From: Candidatus Bathyarchaeia archaeon | Lineage (GTDB): Archaea > Thermoproteota > Bathyarchaeia > Bathyarchaeales > Bathycorpusculaceae | Reading direction: 5' to 3' | Assembly (NCBI GenBank): GCA_050015395.1 | Contig: JBEKBM010000034.1 | Coordinates: forward strand, 1-20,208 | DNA length: 20,208 bases | Part shown: positions 1 to 8,987 of the stretch, piece after piece | Layout of the letters: each line of letters begins with the position of its first letter | Position numbering within the stretch: position 1 is the stretch's first letter | Notes under the pieces: model-generated | Seen by the model: only the letters and a program-made list of their open reading frames with translations | Told to the model about the DNA's origin: nothing | The model's database searches: none | Position numbers and translations under genes: made by a program

Positions 1-71
1 TTCAAGGAATACCTAAAGAGAGTGAATTTGAACCGAATAAAACGATTAATTTGATAAACCTAATTCAGTTA

Positions 72-90
72 CAGTATAACTTTTATACTG
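72..90. promoter_or_regulatory. Palindromic operator-like site CAGTATAA-ctt-TTATACTG overlapping a TATA-like element
   Basis: Perfect 8-bp inverted repeat 10 nt upstream of the ATG at 101. Confidence 0.45.
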
Positions 91-100
91 AGATTAAAAA

Positions 101-238
101 ATGGTCAAGGCTAAATCTCAAAAAAAAAAAGAAAAAGAGGGAACGCAAAAACGCGAAAAAGTTAATGCCGATATCGACAGCGGAGTGCTAGACCAAACTA
201 GACTACGACCGCATTTTACTGGTTTAAGGAACACTTAG
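101..238 (+). CDS. Small Lys-rich hypothetical ORF (45 aa), possibly a remnant
   Basis: Hand translation MVKAKSQKKKEKEGTQKREKVNADIDSGVLDQTRLRPHFTGLRNT*. Contains an A11 run at 120-130. Below the ORF-track cutoff. Confidence 0.3.
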   Translation: MVKAKSQKKKEKEGTQKREKVNADIDSGVLDQTRLRPHFTGLRNT

Positions 239-353
239 CGATGTTAATTTACATCGAGGTTTATTTGCTTTTCCGAGTGCTGAACACCCAGAACTATGAG
301 CATTCAAAAATTATCATTCACAAGGGTCACAAACATCGGGAAAGGTCCTTGTT

Positions 354-388
354 TACTTACGGGACGTAAGTACTTACGGGACGTAAGT
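354..388. repeat. Tandem duplicated 17-bp palindromic operator (TACTTACGGGACGTAAG x2)
   Basis: Exact copies at 354-370 and 371-387. Each forms ACTTACG-GGA-CGTAAGT. About 130 bp upstream of the ABC exporter. Confidence 0.7.
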
Positions 389-520
389 TTGCTTTGCTGC
401 CTATGGTAATTCAACAGCCTCAGTAAACTTCAGCTTTGCTCTCTGCTTTCTCGCTGTTGTAGTTAGATAGCAATCACATACGGTTATTTTATCAAATGCA
501 AAACTAGTTATGGAAAGCTT

Positions 521-1528
521 ATGTCAGACATTGTTACAGTGAAGAATCTTGTTGAAGTTTATTCTGACGGCACAAAAGCCGTTGATGACATTTCCTTCAG
601 CGTGCAGGAAGGAGAATTCTTCGGTTTTCTAGGGCCAAACGGCGCAGGAAAAAGCACAACAATCAAGATTTTAACGACGCTCCTCAGAAAAACATCTGGC
701 ACCGTTACCGTCGCAGGATACGACGTTGAGAAGCAAGCAGCTGATATCCGCAAGATCATCTGTGTCCAAAGCCAAGAAACAACCGTCGACGGCGACCTAA
801 CCGGCAGGGAAAATATAACGCTTCAAGGCCATTTCCACCAGATGAAAGGAGATGAAATCAAAAAACGAGTTAACGAGCTTCTGGGTCTTGTGGGGCTTGA
901 AGAAGCCGCCGACAGACGTGGCAGAAACTACTCCGGCGGCATGAAAAAACGCCTTGACCTCGCCACCGCCCTTGTCCACAAGCCCAAAATCCTGTTTCTA
1001 GACGAACCAACAACAGGTTTAGACCCACAATCACGCGCAGCCATTTGGAGTTATCTGGAAAAACTAAACAAAGAAGAAGGCATAACCATTTTCTTAACAA
1101 CCCAGTATCTGGAAGAAGCCGACAAACTATGCAAAAGACTTTCAATAATCGATTCTGGAAAAATAGTTGCAAGCGGCTCACCCATCGAGCTAAAACGTCA
1201 AATTGGAGCAGACTCCATCAGAATCTCGCTTGAAAACTGCCAAAAAGACAGCCCTAACGCAAAAGAACTCATCAAAACCATGACAGGCGTCACCGAAATA
1301 ATAGATTCAGAAGAATGCCTCACAGTTTACGCCAAAAACGCAGGTCTCCTAATAGCAGATATCGTGAGAGCACTAGACAGCAGCGACATTCGGATCGCGT
1401 CAGTAACGTTTTCCTCCCCATCACTGGATGACGTCTTCATGAAGCACACCGGCAGACGAATAAGAACCGAAGAACTCGTCAAGGCTCCAAGCGCCATGTA
1501 CGGCGGAAGATTCGGTGGAAGGAGATAA
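521..1528 (+). CDS. ABC exporter ATP-binding protein (DrrA/NodI-like, C-terminal DUF4162-like region)
   Basis: Walker A GPNGAGKST, signature YSGGMKKR, Walker B LFLDEPTTGLD, TTQYLEEAD, C-terminal PSLDDVF. Confidence 0.93.
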   Translation: MSDIVTVKNLVEVYSDGTKAVDDISFSVQEGEFFGFLGPNGAGKSTTIKILTTLLRKTSGTVTVAGYDVEKQAADIRKIICVQSQETTVDGDLTGRENITLQGHFHQMKGDEIKKRVNELLGLVGLEEAADRRGRNYSGGMKKRLDLATALVHKPKILFLDEPTTGLDPQSRAAIWSYLEKLNKEEGITIFLTTQYLEEADKLCKRLSIIDSGKIVASGSPIELKRQIGADSIRISLENCQKDSPNAKELIKTMTGVTEIIDSEECLTVYAKNAGLLIADIVRALDSSDIRIASVTFSSPSLDDVFMKHTGRRIRTEELVKAPSAMYGGRFGGRR

Positions 1529-1534
1529 ACAAAA

Positions 1535-2308
1535 ATGACTTTACTTTCTGATACACGCTACATATTCATAAGGTACCTAACGAAACTTGTTCGAACCCCT
1601 ATCCTGCTTTTCTTTTCCCTCTTTCAACCCATTTTATTCCTCGTACTGTTCACACAGTTGCTATCGAGGCTTTCCAGTTTCCCAGGAATACTACCAGCCG
1701 GAGTAAGTTATCTAGAGTTTGCAGCCGCGGGAATTGTGATGCAAAACGCGTTTGGAAGCGCACTGCAGTCGGGAAACTCGATAGTGGCTGACATCGACTC
1801 GGGGTTTTTGCAGAAAATGCTCGTGACACCGTTGAGTCGTCCTGCGATTCTGCTGGGCAGGTTAAGCAGCGACGCCTTTAGGGTGGTTATCCAGACAGCT
1901 ATAATTCTCGTGTTAGCATACGCTTTAGGTGCCCACGTCACCACTGGAGTCATCGGAATTTTGCTTATCTTCTTCACGCTTGCATTCTTTGGGCTTGCGT
2001 GGTCAGGAATTTCTTTAGCGTTAGGCATGAAGACGAGAAGTTCCGAGACGGTTTTCGCGATAGGCGGCGTCATCACTTTCCCGTTGCTGTTCTTGAGTCC
2101 GGCGTTGTTCCCAATTAGTTTCCTGCCCACATGGGTGAAAGATGTGTCAATGTTTAACCCTGTAAGCTACTGCGTTACCGCCACCCGAGCGCTGATGATT
2201 AACGGTTATATTTGGAGCACGATACTGCCTGCTTGGGGCGTAATCGGGCTAGTCGCCGTTGTGACGCTGAGCGCTACATTGTACCAGTTCAGAAAAGTCG
2301 TCAGCTAA
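1535..2308 (+). CDS. ABC-2 type exporter permease (DrrB-like)
   Basis: About 6 hydrophobic segments, with motifs YLEFAAAGI, GFLQKMLVTPLSR and FNPVSY. Starts 6 bp after the ATPase stop. Confidence 0.92.
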   Translation: MTLLSDTRYIFIRYLTKLVRTPILLFFSLFQPILFLVLFTQLLSRLSSFPGILPAGVSYLEFAAAGIVMQNAFGSALQSGNSIVADIDSGFLQKMLVTPLSRPAILLGRLSSDAFRVVIQTAIILVLAYALGAHVTTGVIGILLIFFTLAFFGLAWSGISLALGMKTRSSETVFAIGGVITFPLLFLSPALFPISFLPTWVKDVSMFNPVSYCVTATRALMINGYIWSTILPAWGVIGLVAVVTLSATLYQFRKVVS

Positions 2309-2321
2309 AACTTAAAGCCGC

Positions 2322-2543
2322 TTAAGGGTAAACGTGAGCGTCCACATCAGCTGGCTTGGCTAACCGTTTAATTTTTACTTCAATCAATTCAGGAGCCACA
2401 TCCAGCCCTTTTAGCGATTTCGAAAACCCAGCCATAATGTTACCGATAGTTTCCTGCACAAAATTGTTCAAAGGCAACTTGTTTCCGTCGATATACATTT
2501 CTGTTTCAAAGCTTTTTTTCATTATCCTATGTTTTTGTTCCAA
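2322..2543 (-). CDS. Small protein resembling the C-terminal domain of archaeal MobB
   Basis: Pattern MYIDGNKLPLNNFVQETIGNIMAGFSKSLKGL..IEVKI resembles the 'vnGk.ipLN.FV...i..ti.g.v..LkG' tail of MobB proteins (recognised from memory). Confidence 0.6.
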   Translation of the reverse strand: MEQKHRIMKKSFETEMYIDGNKLPLNNFVQETIGNIMAGFSKSLKGLDVAPELIEVKIKRLAKPADVDAHVYP

Positions 2544-2770
2544 AATCCTTCACCTAGCATAATTTGTTTTTAAAATTGATAAAGATTCTGGCACTATTTA
2601 ACGCTGAAAAAGCCCACGCCCTCTATACTTTTATTGTTTTAGTATTGAACTATATACTTTATCGAAAAACTATGGAAAAAAGTTGTGTTTAAAGTAACAA
2701 CTAATATACTTGAACAATTAATTAACGTTCCCTTTAAGCAAAATGCGCGCTTAAAATTGGGAGCAGCACC

Positions 2771-4459
2771 GTGCTTAGCAAACTGTGGAACACGCTCAAC
2801 GCACTGTCCTCTAAAAAACCCTTAAAGTACTCCCTCTACCTCTCCGCAGTCATCATTTTCTTTGCAATAATTCTTATTCCACCCATCCTCGGCATCCTAA
2901 TTAAACTCCCAACAATCCAAAATGTCACCAATCAGCCAGCTTTAATGAATACTGCTCTAGGCGCCATCTCAAACTCGTTCATTATAGGCTTAATTGTTGC
3001 CGCTTTAGACCTCCTCGCAGGAGTGCCGTTGGCATGGCTTATTACCCGTGGAAAATCAAGGTGGCTAAGCGTCCTTGACACATTGGCTGACTTACCCTTC
3101 GTTGTGCCAACAGCCGCCTTGGGTTATTCACTTTTGTTGTTTTGGAGTTTAGGCGGAGGAATATCTGCGTTTTTTGGCGGACCGCTTATTTCTCCCGGTT
3201 GGCTCCTTGTTATGCTCTTGCACTTTACCTTCTCATTCCCAGTGGTCGTCCGCATCATGGTGGGTGCAATGCTTGATTACAAGATGGAGTATGAGCATGC
3301 ATCAAGAACCCTTGGAGCTCCACCCCTAACAGCTTCAAGAACCGTCACCTTCCCAATCATAAAACCATCATTGATTGCAGCGTTTTTGCTTGCGTTCGCC
3401 AGGTCGCTTTCTGAGACAGGAGCAACATTTATTGTGGCAGGAGCTGTTTTCATGAATGGACCTGTTTTCCTGCAAACTCTAAGCAACGAGTTTAAAAGCG
3501 GTAAAATCCCCCTAGCAACCTATGAAGGCGCAACAGTATTCGCCAGCATTATCTTAATTTCTGTTTCACTAGCCATTTTCGCGCTAATACGTATCCTTGG
3601 ACAAAGAATAAAGTTGCCTTTCGGTCATGGCTTACCCGTTTTTGAAAAGAAACTCAGCTACAAAAAAGCTGCTTGGTCACGAAATAGTTTAGCACTATTC
3701 ATTTTTATATTCATAGTTTTGGTTCCTTCGCTTTTCGTGGCGCTACCAGCATTCCAAGCAATCGCCACTGGAACCCCCCTAGTTCAGGCTTTCAGCGGTT
3801 CAGGTATATGGGCAAGCTTTTGGCAAAGCCTACTTCTATCTTACGGTTTAGCCGCTATAGTGACCGTTTTAGGAATTATCCTTGGAATACCGATGGCGAT
3901 ATTGATTGCACGCAAAACATTCGGTAAATGGCCTTCGGCAGTTCTTGATACACTGATTAACATTCCAATAATAGTGCCGTCCATAGCTTTAGGAGTTTCT
4001 TTGAAGTTTTTCTGGCAAAGCATCCCAGGAATGCCTGAATTTCTCTTATTAGTCTTTGCGCACTTGGCAATTACTTACCCGTACTTTGTCAGGTCAATGT
4101 CGGCGGCGATTGAGCGAATAAGCGTTGACATGGAGGAAGCTGCAAAAACCTTAGGCGCCAAACCCTTCACTGTTTTCAGGTCAATCGTGCTGCCGCTTAC
4201 AAAGTACTCGATTCTTTCTGGCGCAATAATTGTTTTTACCAGAAGCGTAAGCGAAACAGGTGCAACTTTAGCTGTAACTACACATCTGCAGACGGCGCCT
4301 GTATTGATTGTTAACTGGGTCAACTCACTCAGAGGCGTCACAGCGCCAATCCCAGGAGTCACCGCGCTGACCGTTGGTTTAGCATGCGGCTTCCTGATAC
4401 TGTTTAGCTTCGCAATACTGCTGGTTTTGAGACTTTTAACTCGAAAAGGAAAGGTTTAG
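2771..4459 (+). CDS. ABC importer permease with two fused BPD_transp_1 modules (ModB/WtpB/CysT- or FbpB-like)
   Basis: Two EAA motifs (YEHASRTLGA, MEEAAKTLGA), duplicated LADLPFVVP / LINIPIIVP, and duplicated ARSLSETGAT / TRSVSETGAT. Confidence 0.9.
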   Translation: MLSKLWNTLNALSSKKPLKYSLYLSAVIIFFAIILIPPILGILIKLPTIQNVTNQPALMNTALGAISNSFIIGLIVAALDLLAGVPLAWLITRGKSRWLSVLDTLADLPFVVPTAALGYSLLLFWSLGGGISAFFGGPLISPGWLLVMLLHFTFSFPVVVRIMVGAMLDYKMEYEHASRTLGAPPLTASRTVTFPIIKPSLIAAFLLAFARSLSETGATFIVAGAVFMNGPVFLQTLSNEFKSGKIPLATYEGATVFASIILISVSLAIFALIRILGQRIKLPFGHGLPVFEKKLSYKKAAWSRNSLALFIFIFIVLVPSLFVALPAFQAIATGTPLVQAFSGSGIWASFWQSLLLSYGLAAIVTVLGIILGIPMAILIARKTFGKWPSAVLDTLINIPIIVPSIALGVSLKFFWQSIPGMPEFLLLVFAHLAITYPYFVRSMSAAIERISVDMEEAAKTLGAKPFTVFRSIVLPLTKYSILSGAIIVFTRSVSETGATLAVTTHLQTAPVLIVNWVNSLRGVTAPIPGVTALTVGLACGFLILFSFAILLVLRLLTRKGKV

Positions 4460-4510
4460 AATGATAACTATTAAAAGCAATAAAGCTGTTTTCAAAGGGA
4501 GAGTTAACTT

Positions 4511-5608
4511 ATGCCTGATGTCCGAATCGTAAACGTAACCAAAAAGTACGGAAAAATCTATGCGTTAGACAACGTTAGCTTAACTGTACACGACCAAGAA
4601 TACTTCGCTCTGCTTGGACCAAGCGGATGTGGAAAAACAACGCTTCTGCGGCTTATAGCGGGACTTATTGAGCCTGACAGCGGCGAAATCTACATCGGCG
4701 ATAAACGCGTTGATAAGGTTCCTCCTGAAGACAGAGACATCGGCTTTGTTTTCCAAACTTTCGCGTTGTTTCCACACATGACTGCTTGGGGCAACGTAGT
4801 TTATGGCCCAAAAGTTAAAAATTATGATGCTAAACAAGCTGACACGATTGGACATGAAGTTCTTGAACTGGTAAAACTTGATGAACGCTTAGACGCTTAC
4901 CCCAGCGAACTAAGCGGCGGCATGATGCAAAGAATAGCCGTTGCCCGCGCGTTGGCTGCAGGCGCCAAAACCTTGCTTTTAGATGAACCCCTTGGCCAGT
5001 TGGATGCTAAAGTAAGAAACGAAATACGATATGAAATCAGAAGAATGGCAAAAGACCTCAAATTAACAGCTATACATGTTACCCATGACCAGGCAGAAGC
5101 AATGTCAATCTCAGACAGGATTGCGGTTATGAAGAAAGGAAAAATCGTGCAGGTTGGAACGCCACAGGAACTTTATATGGATCCAAACAACTTGTTTGTT
5201 GCACACTTTATTGGCGAATCCAACTTTTTAGAAGGCTACATCACCCAGACAAATGGATACTCTGAAGTAGAGTTACGGGAGGGATTACGAGTTAAAGCCA
5301 TAAACCCAGGCATAAAGCAAGGCGAAAGAATAGTTTTAGCTATAAGACCTGAAACCTGCGGAATTAAAAAGGGACACATCACAACTGAAAACGGGTTACT
5401 TGGAAAAATTGAAAAGGTTACTTTTGAAGGAACTATTGTTCGTTATGAAATTAGGCTTGAAAACGGAGACCGCTTGGTAATAAACAGGCCTTCATTAGCA
5501 GAAAAATGGGTTGAAATTGGCGAAGAAGTCACAATAACTTATCCCCTTGAAAAGGCTCATCTCTTCACGTATCCTGAAGCGGGTTTAACTGAGGAAATTT
5601 CAGTCTAA
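4511..5608 (+). CDS. ABC importer ATP-binding protein (PotA/WtpC/FbpC-like with TOBE domain)
   Basis: GPSGCGKTT, LSGGMMQR, LLLDEP, VTHDQAEAM and C-terminal TOBE-like AIRPE. Confidence 0.93.
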   Translation: MPDVRIVNVTKKYGKIYALDNVSLTVHDQEYFALLGPSGCGKTTLLRLIAGLIEPDSGEIYIGDKRVDKVPPEDRDIGFVFQTFALFPHMTAWGNVVYGPKVKNYDAKQADTIGHEVLELVKLDERLDAYPSELSGGMMQRIAVARALAAGAKTLLLDEPLGQLDAKVRNEIRYEIRRMAKDLKLTAIHVTHDQAEAMSISDRIAVMKKGKIVQVGTPQELYMDPNNLFVAHFIGESNFLEGYITQTNGYSEVELREGLRVKAINPGIKQGERIVLAIRPETCGIKKGHITTENGLLGKIEKVTFEGTIVRYEIRLENGDRLVINRPSLAEKWVEIGEEVTITYPLEKAHLFTYPEAGLTEEISV

Positions 5609-5790
5609 ATTTTACCGTCCTTATTATGCCTGTTTCCACTGATAAAGTTAATCGCAATTTTGACTTTTCAATACTTTTTTTCTTAAAATCGTCAAGAAAG
5701 AGCGTTCGGGTTACTATCGAAAAATCATGCTACTTTGCTAGAGGCTGAAAAGGATTGTTGAACATTGATTTGCGTGCTAATGTAAATTGT

Positions 5791-5944
5791 TGGTCGGGAG
5801 AGCAGGATTTGAACCTGCGACGGCTCGGTTTCTGTGGCCTGTGCAGGCTAGAATGAAGCCCACCAAGGGTAGACCTCTACAGCGTCTCCACCAGCTAAGC
5901 ATGTTAGCCAGCTCGAGAGCTCTGCCAGGCTGAGCTACCTCCCG
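5791..5944 (-). tRNA. tRNA-Tyr (GTA), CCA-encoded, with two BHB introns: 30 nt at position 30/31 (5913-5884) and 47 nt at 37/38 (5876-5830)
   Basis: Acceptor stem CGGGAGG/TCTCCCG with C1-G72 and A73 (archaeal Tyr identity). D stem GCTC/GAGC. T arm GCAGG-TTCAAAT-CCTGC. Removing both introns gives anticodon stem CTCGG/CCGAG, loop CT-GTA-GA and a 77-nt mature tRNA. Confidence 0.93.
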
Positions 5945-6063
5945 ACAAAGTCCATAAGGATTAGAGTAAAGAATTTATGTGTTTTGGCATTTTCCGCCGT
6001 GTCGAGCCATACTAAACATTTTAATCTTTTAGTAAGAGTGTTTAGATAGAAAGGTGTGTTTAA

Positions 6064-7029
6064 TTGGCGAAAACTATTGGCATAGTTACTTCTGGTGGAG
6101 ATGCGCCAGGCATGAACGCCGCCATCCGAGCTGTAACGCGAATAGGCCACGCGAAGGGTTTTCAAGTTATAGGTTTCGAAAGAGGATGGGACGGACTATT
6201 AACTAACTCGTTTAGAAGATTGACTCCTCGAAGTGTCGGCGGCATTATCCAGTTAGGCGGCACCATACTTCACACTTTGCGATGCGTAGCGTTCGAGGAA
6301 GAGGGCAGTAGCGAAAAAGCAGCAGAAACATTATCCATAAATAACGTTGACAGTTTAGTCGTCATTGGAGGCGACGGCTCATTTAGAGGCGCCTTGGACC
6401 TAAGTAGAGAAAGCGACGCCTTAATGGTTGGGATACCTGCCACAATTGACAATGACGTTTTCGGGACGGATGAAACAATCGGCTTTGATACTGCAGTCAA
6501 CACTGCGGTAGGCGCAATCGACAAAATAAGGGATACAGCGATTTCTCATGAAAGAATTTTCATTGTGGAGGTAATGGGTCGGAAAAGAGGATTCTTAGCG
6601 CTGGAAGTAGGAATATGCGTGGGTGCAGAAGTTATTTTGATTCCAGAGAACCCAATGAACATTGCTGACATTGTAAAGTTTATGGAGGAAAACGCTAAGA
6701 AAGGCAAACGGGCTGGAATAATAGTTGCGGCAGAAGGCTTCAGTGACACAAGTAAATTAGCTCAAGAAATGCAACAGCAAACGGAATCTGAAGTCAGGCT
6801 ATCAATTCTCGGCTATGCTCAGCGCGGCGGAAGCCCCACAGCACGTAGCAGGTTACTGGCAAGTTTATTCGCGGAGAAAGCCGTTGAATTAATTTGCCAA
6901 GAACAGGGTAATATGGCGGTTGGATTACAGAACGGCGCAATTGTGGGCGTTGAGCTTGAGAAAGCCGCTAAAAACAGGAAGCCGATAAATTTAAGGTTGT
7001 TACAAGTAGCCGATATGCTTGCAACATAA
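6064..7029 (+). CDS. pfkA: ATP-dependent 6-phosphofructokinase, bacterial PfkA family
   Basis: TSGGDAPGMN, GGDGS (Gly at the position favouring ATP), PATIDND, EVMGR, LGYAQRGG. Confidence 0.93.
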   Translation: MAKTIGIVTSGGDAPGMNAAIRAVTRIGHAKGFQVIGFERGWDGLLTNSFRRLTPRSVGGIIQLGGTILHTLRCVAFEEEGSSEKAAETLSINNVDSLVVIGGDGSFRGALDLSRESDALMVGIPATIDNDVFGTDETIGFDTAVNTAVGAIDKIRDTAISHERIFIVEVMGRKRGFLALEVGICVGAEVILIPENPMNIADIVKFMEENAKKGKRAGIIVAAEGFSDTSKLAQEMQQQTESEVRLSILGYAQRGGSPTARSRLLASLFAEKAVELICQEQGNMAVGLQNGAIVGVELEKAAKNRKPINLRLLQVADMLAT

Positions 7030-7070
7030 ACTTCTTATCGTTTTATTAACGCTATCGATTTTTTGGAGCT

Positions 7071-8318
7071 TTACAGTAGTGACTCGTAGATTTTGCTTGT
7101 TTGCTCAGCGACTTTTCGCCAAGTAAAATACTCCAGCACTCTTTGCCTCCCGTTTTCGCCCCAGTTTTTGGCTTTTTCAGGGTCACGCAGCGTCTCGTTT
7201 ATTCCCCATGCTATGTCCGCGGGGTCTTCACCGTTAATGTGCATGCCGTTTTGGTCTGGACCGCTAGGTATCACTTGCTCTTTGAAGCCTACAACGCCTC
7301 TTGCGCCGACTACTACTGGTTTCTCCATGGCCATCGCCTCTAAACTTACAATTCCGAACGGCTCATAAATTGATGGAAAAACACACACGTCAGAGGCGGC
7401 GTAATGAAGAATCCGTTCTTTTTCAGTTACAAAGTCGAAGCGGTAAACAATTTTATCCTTAATGTTTAATCTTTCTGCTGTTTCAATAATGTCCGCTTGC
7501 TCGTCACCTTTGCCTAAAATAACCAGTTTAGTATTAGGGTACTCTTTGAGAACCATAGGCATCGCCTGCAAGAGGTTTCGTACACCTTTCACCCAAGTAA
7601 GCCTTCCAACGAAAAGCAGCATATTCCAACCGTCTGGGATGCCGTATTTTTTTCTGATGGTATCAACATCTTCTTTTTGTACTTTTTGCGGATCGTACGT
7701 TTCAGGGTCCACACCGTTCCAGACAACGCTGATTTTTGAGGGCGACCAGCCATGTTTTATGAGGTCTTCTTGCATAGCGTAGCTGACAGTTACTATGCGG
7801 TCGGAGTTTTGAGCCATTGCGCCCTCTAAATGGGACACTACTTCGGAGCCTTGCCCGCCGCTTCTGCCCCATTCTGTACTGTGCGTGTGAAAAACTACGG
7901 GTATCTTGGTTTCGTTCTTAATTACTAAGCCTGCAATACTGCTCAGCCAATCGTGAACGCAGACGACGTCAAAATTGTATTTCTCTTCTTTAATTAAGGC
8001 ATTGATGAATTTGGTTGAGCTCAGGATGTTGTAGATGAAGATGTCGTTGAAGAGTTTGATGTTAGTACCCCATTTTTTTAGGTCATCCACCACAAAGAAG
8101 GGCCAGATGTTTGTTGCGTCAGCTATAAGTGGCCTGTGGACTTCTACTCCTCGCAGGATTTCTCTTGTTTTTAACCCGTTATTATTAAGAGTGAAGACTG
8201 AGACATCGTGTCCAATGTCAACGAATTCATGGGTGATGTTTTCAGCGTAAGTGCCTAAACCGCCTACAAGTTGAGGCGGATATTCATAAACGAAAAAGCC
8301 AATTCGCAAAACCGTCAC
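7071..8318 (-). CDS. GT4 family glycosyltransferase (glycogen synthase-like)
   Basis: EYPP..VGGLG, HDW, NGVD, VGRL..VKG, PSIYEPFGIVSLEAMA. Confidence 0.9.
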   Translation of the reverse strand: MTVLRIGFFVYEYPPQLVGGLGTYAENITHEFVDIGHDVSVFTLNNNGLKTREILRGVEVHRPLIADATNIWPFFVVDDLKKWGTNIKLFNDIFIYNILSSTKFINALIKEEKYNFDVVCVHDWLSSIAGLVIKNETKIPVVFHTHSTEWGRSGGQGSEVVSHLEGAMAQNSDRIVTVSYAMQEDLIKHGWSPSKISVVWNGVDPETYDPQKVQKEDVDTIRKKYGIPDGWNMLLFVGRLTWVKGVRNLLQAMPMVLKEYPNTKLVILGKGDEQADIIETAERLNIKDKIVYRFDFVTEKERILHYAASDVCVFPSIYEPFGIVSLEAMAMEKPVVVGARGVVGFKEQVIPSGPDQNGMHINGEDPADIAWGINETLRDPEKAKNWGENGRQRVLEYFTWRKVAEQTSKIYESLL

Positions 8319-8474
8319 CTAAGCTTGCCTTAACTATCGCTTGAATGGTATTTATACTTTAAAATAACCATGCAGGCTTTTGGAAACGGTTTATCTTTTA
8401 AGCTACTACCTCACGGGGTCAGGTGTCAATACGTTTTGTTGATACATTGCCTAAAGCGTTAAGGCTCTTAACCT

Positions 8475-8987
8475 TTACACTTTCTCTAATAACTGCATAA
8501 TCTTCGCATAACTCTCCAAGCTGCACCGCCAGCCAGCAGAAACCATATCATTCACAGCCAGCTTAGCCTCCTCTTTCGAGAGGAGCCCTTCAAAAACAGC
8601 CCTCACCAAAACGTACGGCGTGCCCACATACTCGATTCCGTACACCTTCGCCGTCTTCCTAGCTACCTCATCATCAATAACCGCCAGCGCCTCACATTCT
8701 TTGGCGAGAGCCAAAACGTCAGCATCCGCAACATGAAGCCCACGTGTCTCAGACAACCGAGAAAGGAAAGCGGTATTTTTGGGTTTACAAACTTTGAAAA
8801 CGCCATTATCAAACAATTTCTCCAATGCAATTGCATCTGGAACGCCCTTCAGTTTGCCTTTATCCACGACTTCTGTCTTAACCAACGGAGACGTTAATTT
8901 TTCTCCTTTTAAATTCTCAATAATTCCGCTTAATCCAGCTTTGGACAGATATATCAATGGAGTGGAATTGAACACTAACGGCTTCAC
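8475..8987 (-). CDS. PIN-domain protein, DUF3368/COG2405 family
   Basis: N-terminal VFNSTPLI, LHVADADVLALA, AVIDDEVAR, YVGT. GTGA overlap with the upstream gene. Confidence 0.85.
   Translation of the reverse strand: MKPLVFNSTPLIYLSKAGLSGIIENLKGEKLTSPLVKTEVVDKGKLKGVPDAIALEKLFDNGVFKVCKPKNTAFLSRLSETRGLHVADADVLALAKECEALAVIDDEVARKTAKVYGIEYVGTPYVLVRAVFEGLLSKEEAKLAVNDMVSAGWRCSLESYAKIMQLLEKV

Noticed and set aside
1-56. Possible 3' end of an upstream CDS
   Set aside because: Too short to assign a frame or product.
5830-5876. Nested intron or C/D guide RNA within tRNA intron 2
   Set aside because: Internal hairpins exist, but no 3-4-3 BHB or clear C/D box pair could be drawn.
5791-5944. tRNA-Tyr as the integrase's attachment site
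   Set aside because: No duplicated tRNA fragment was seen near the integrase or array, and 8 kb of housekeeping genes intervene.
5935-6165. 76-aa minus-strand ORF
   Set aside because: Overlaps the pfkA start and the tRNA promoter; no coding features.
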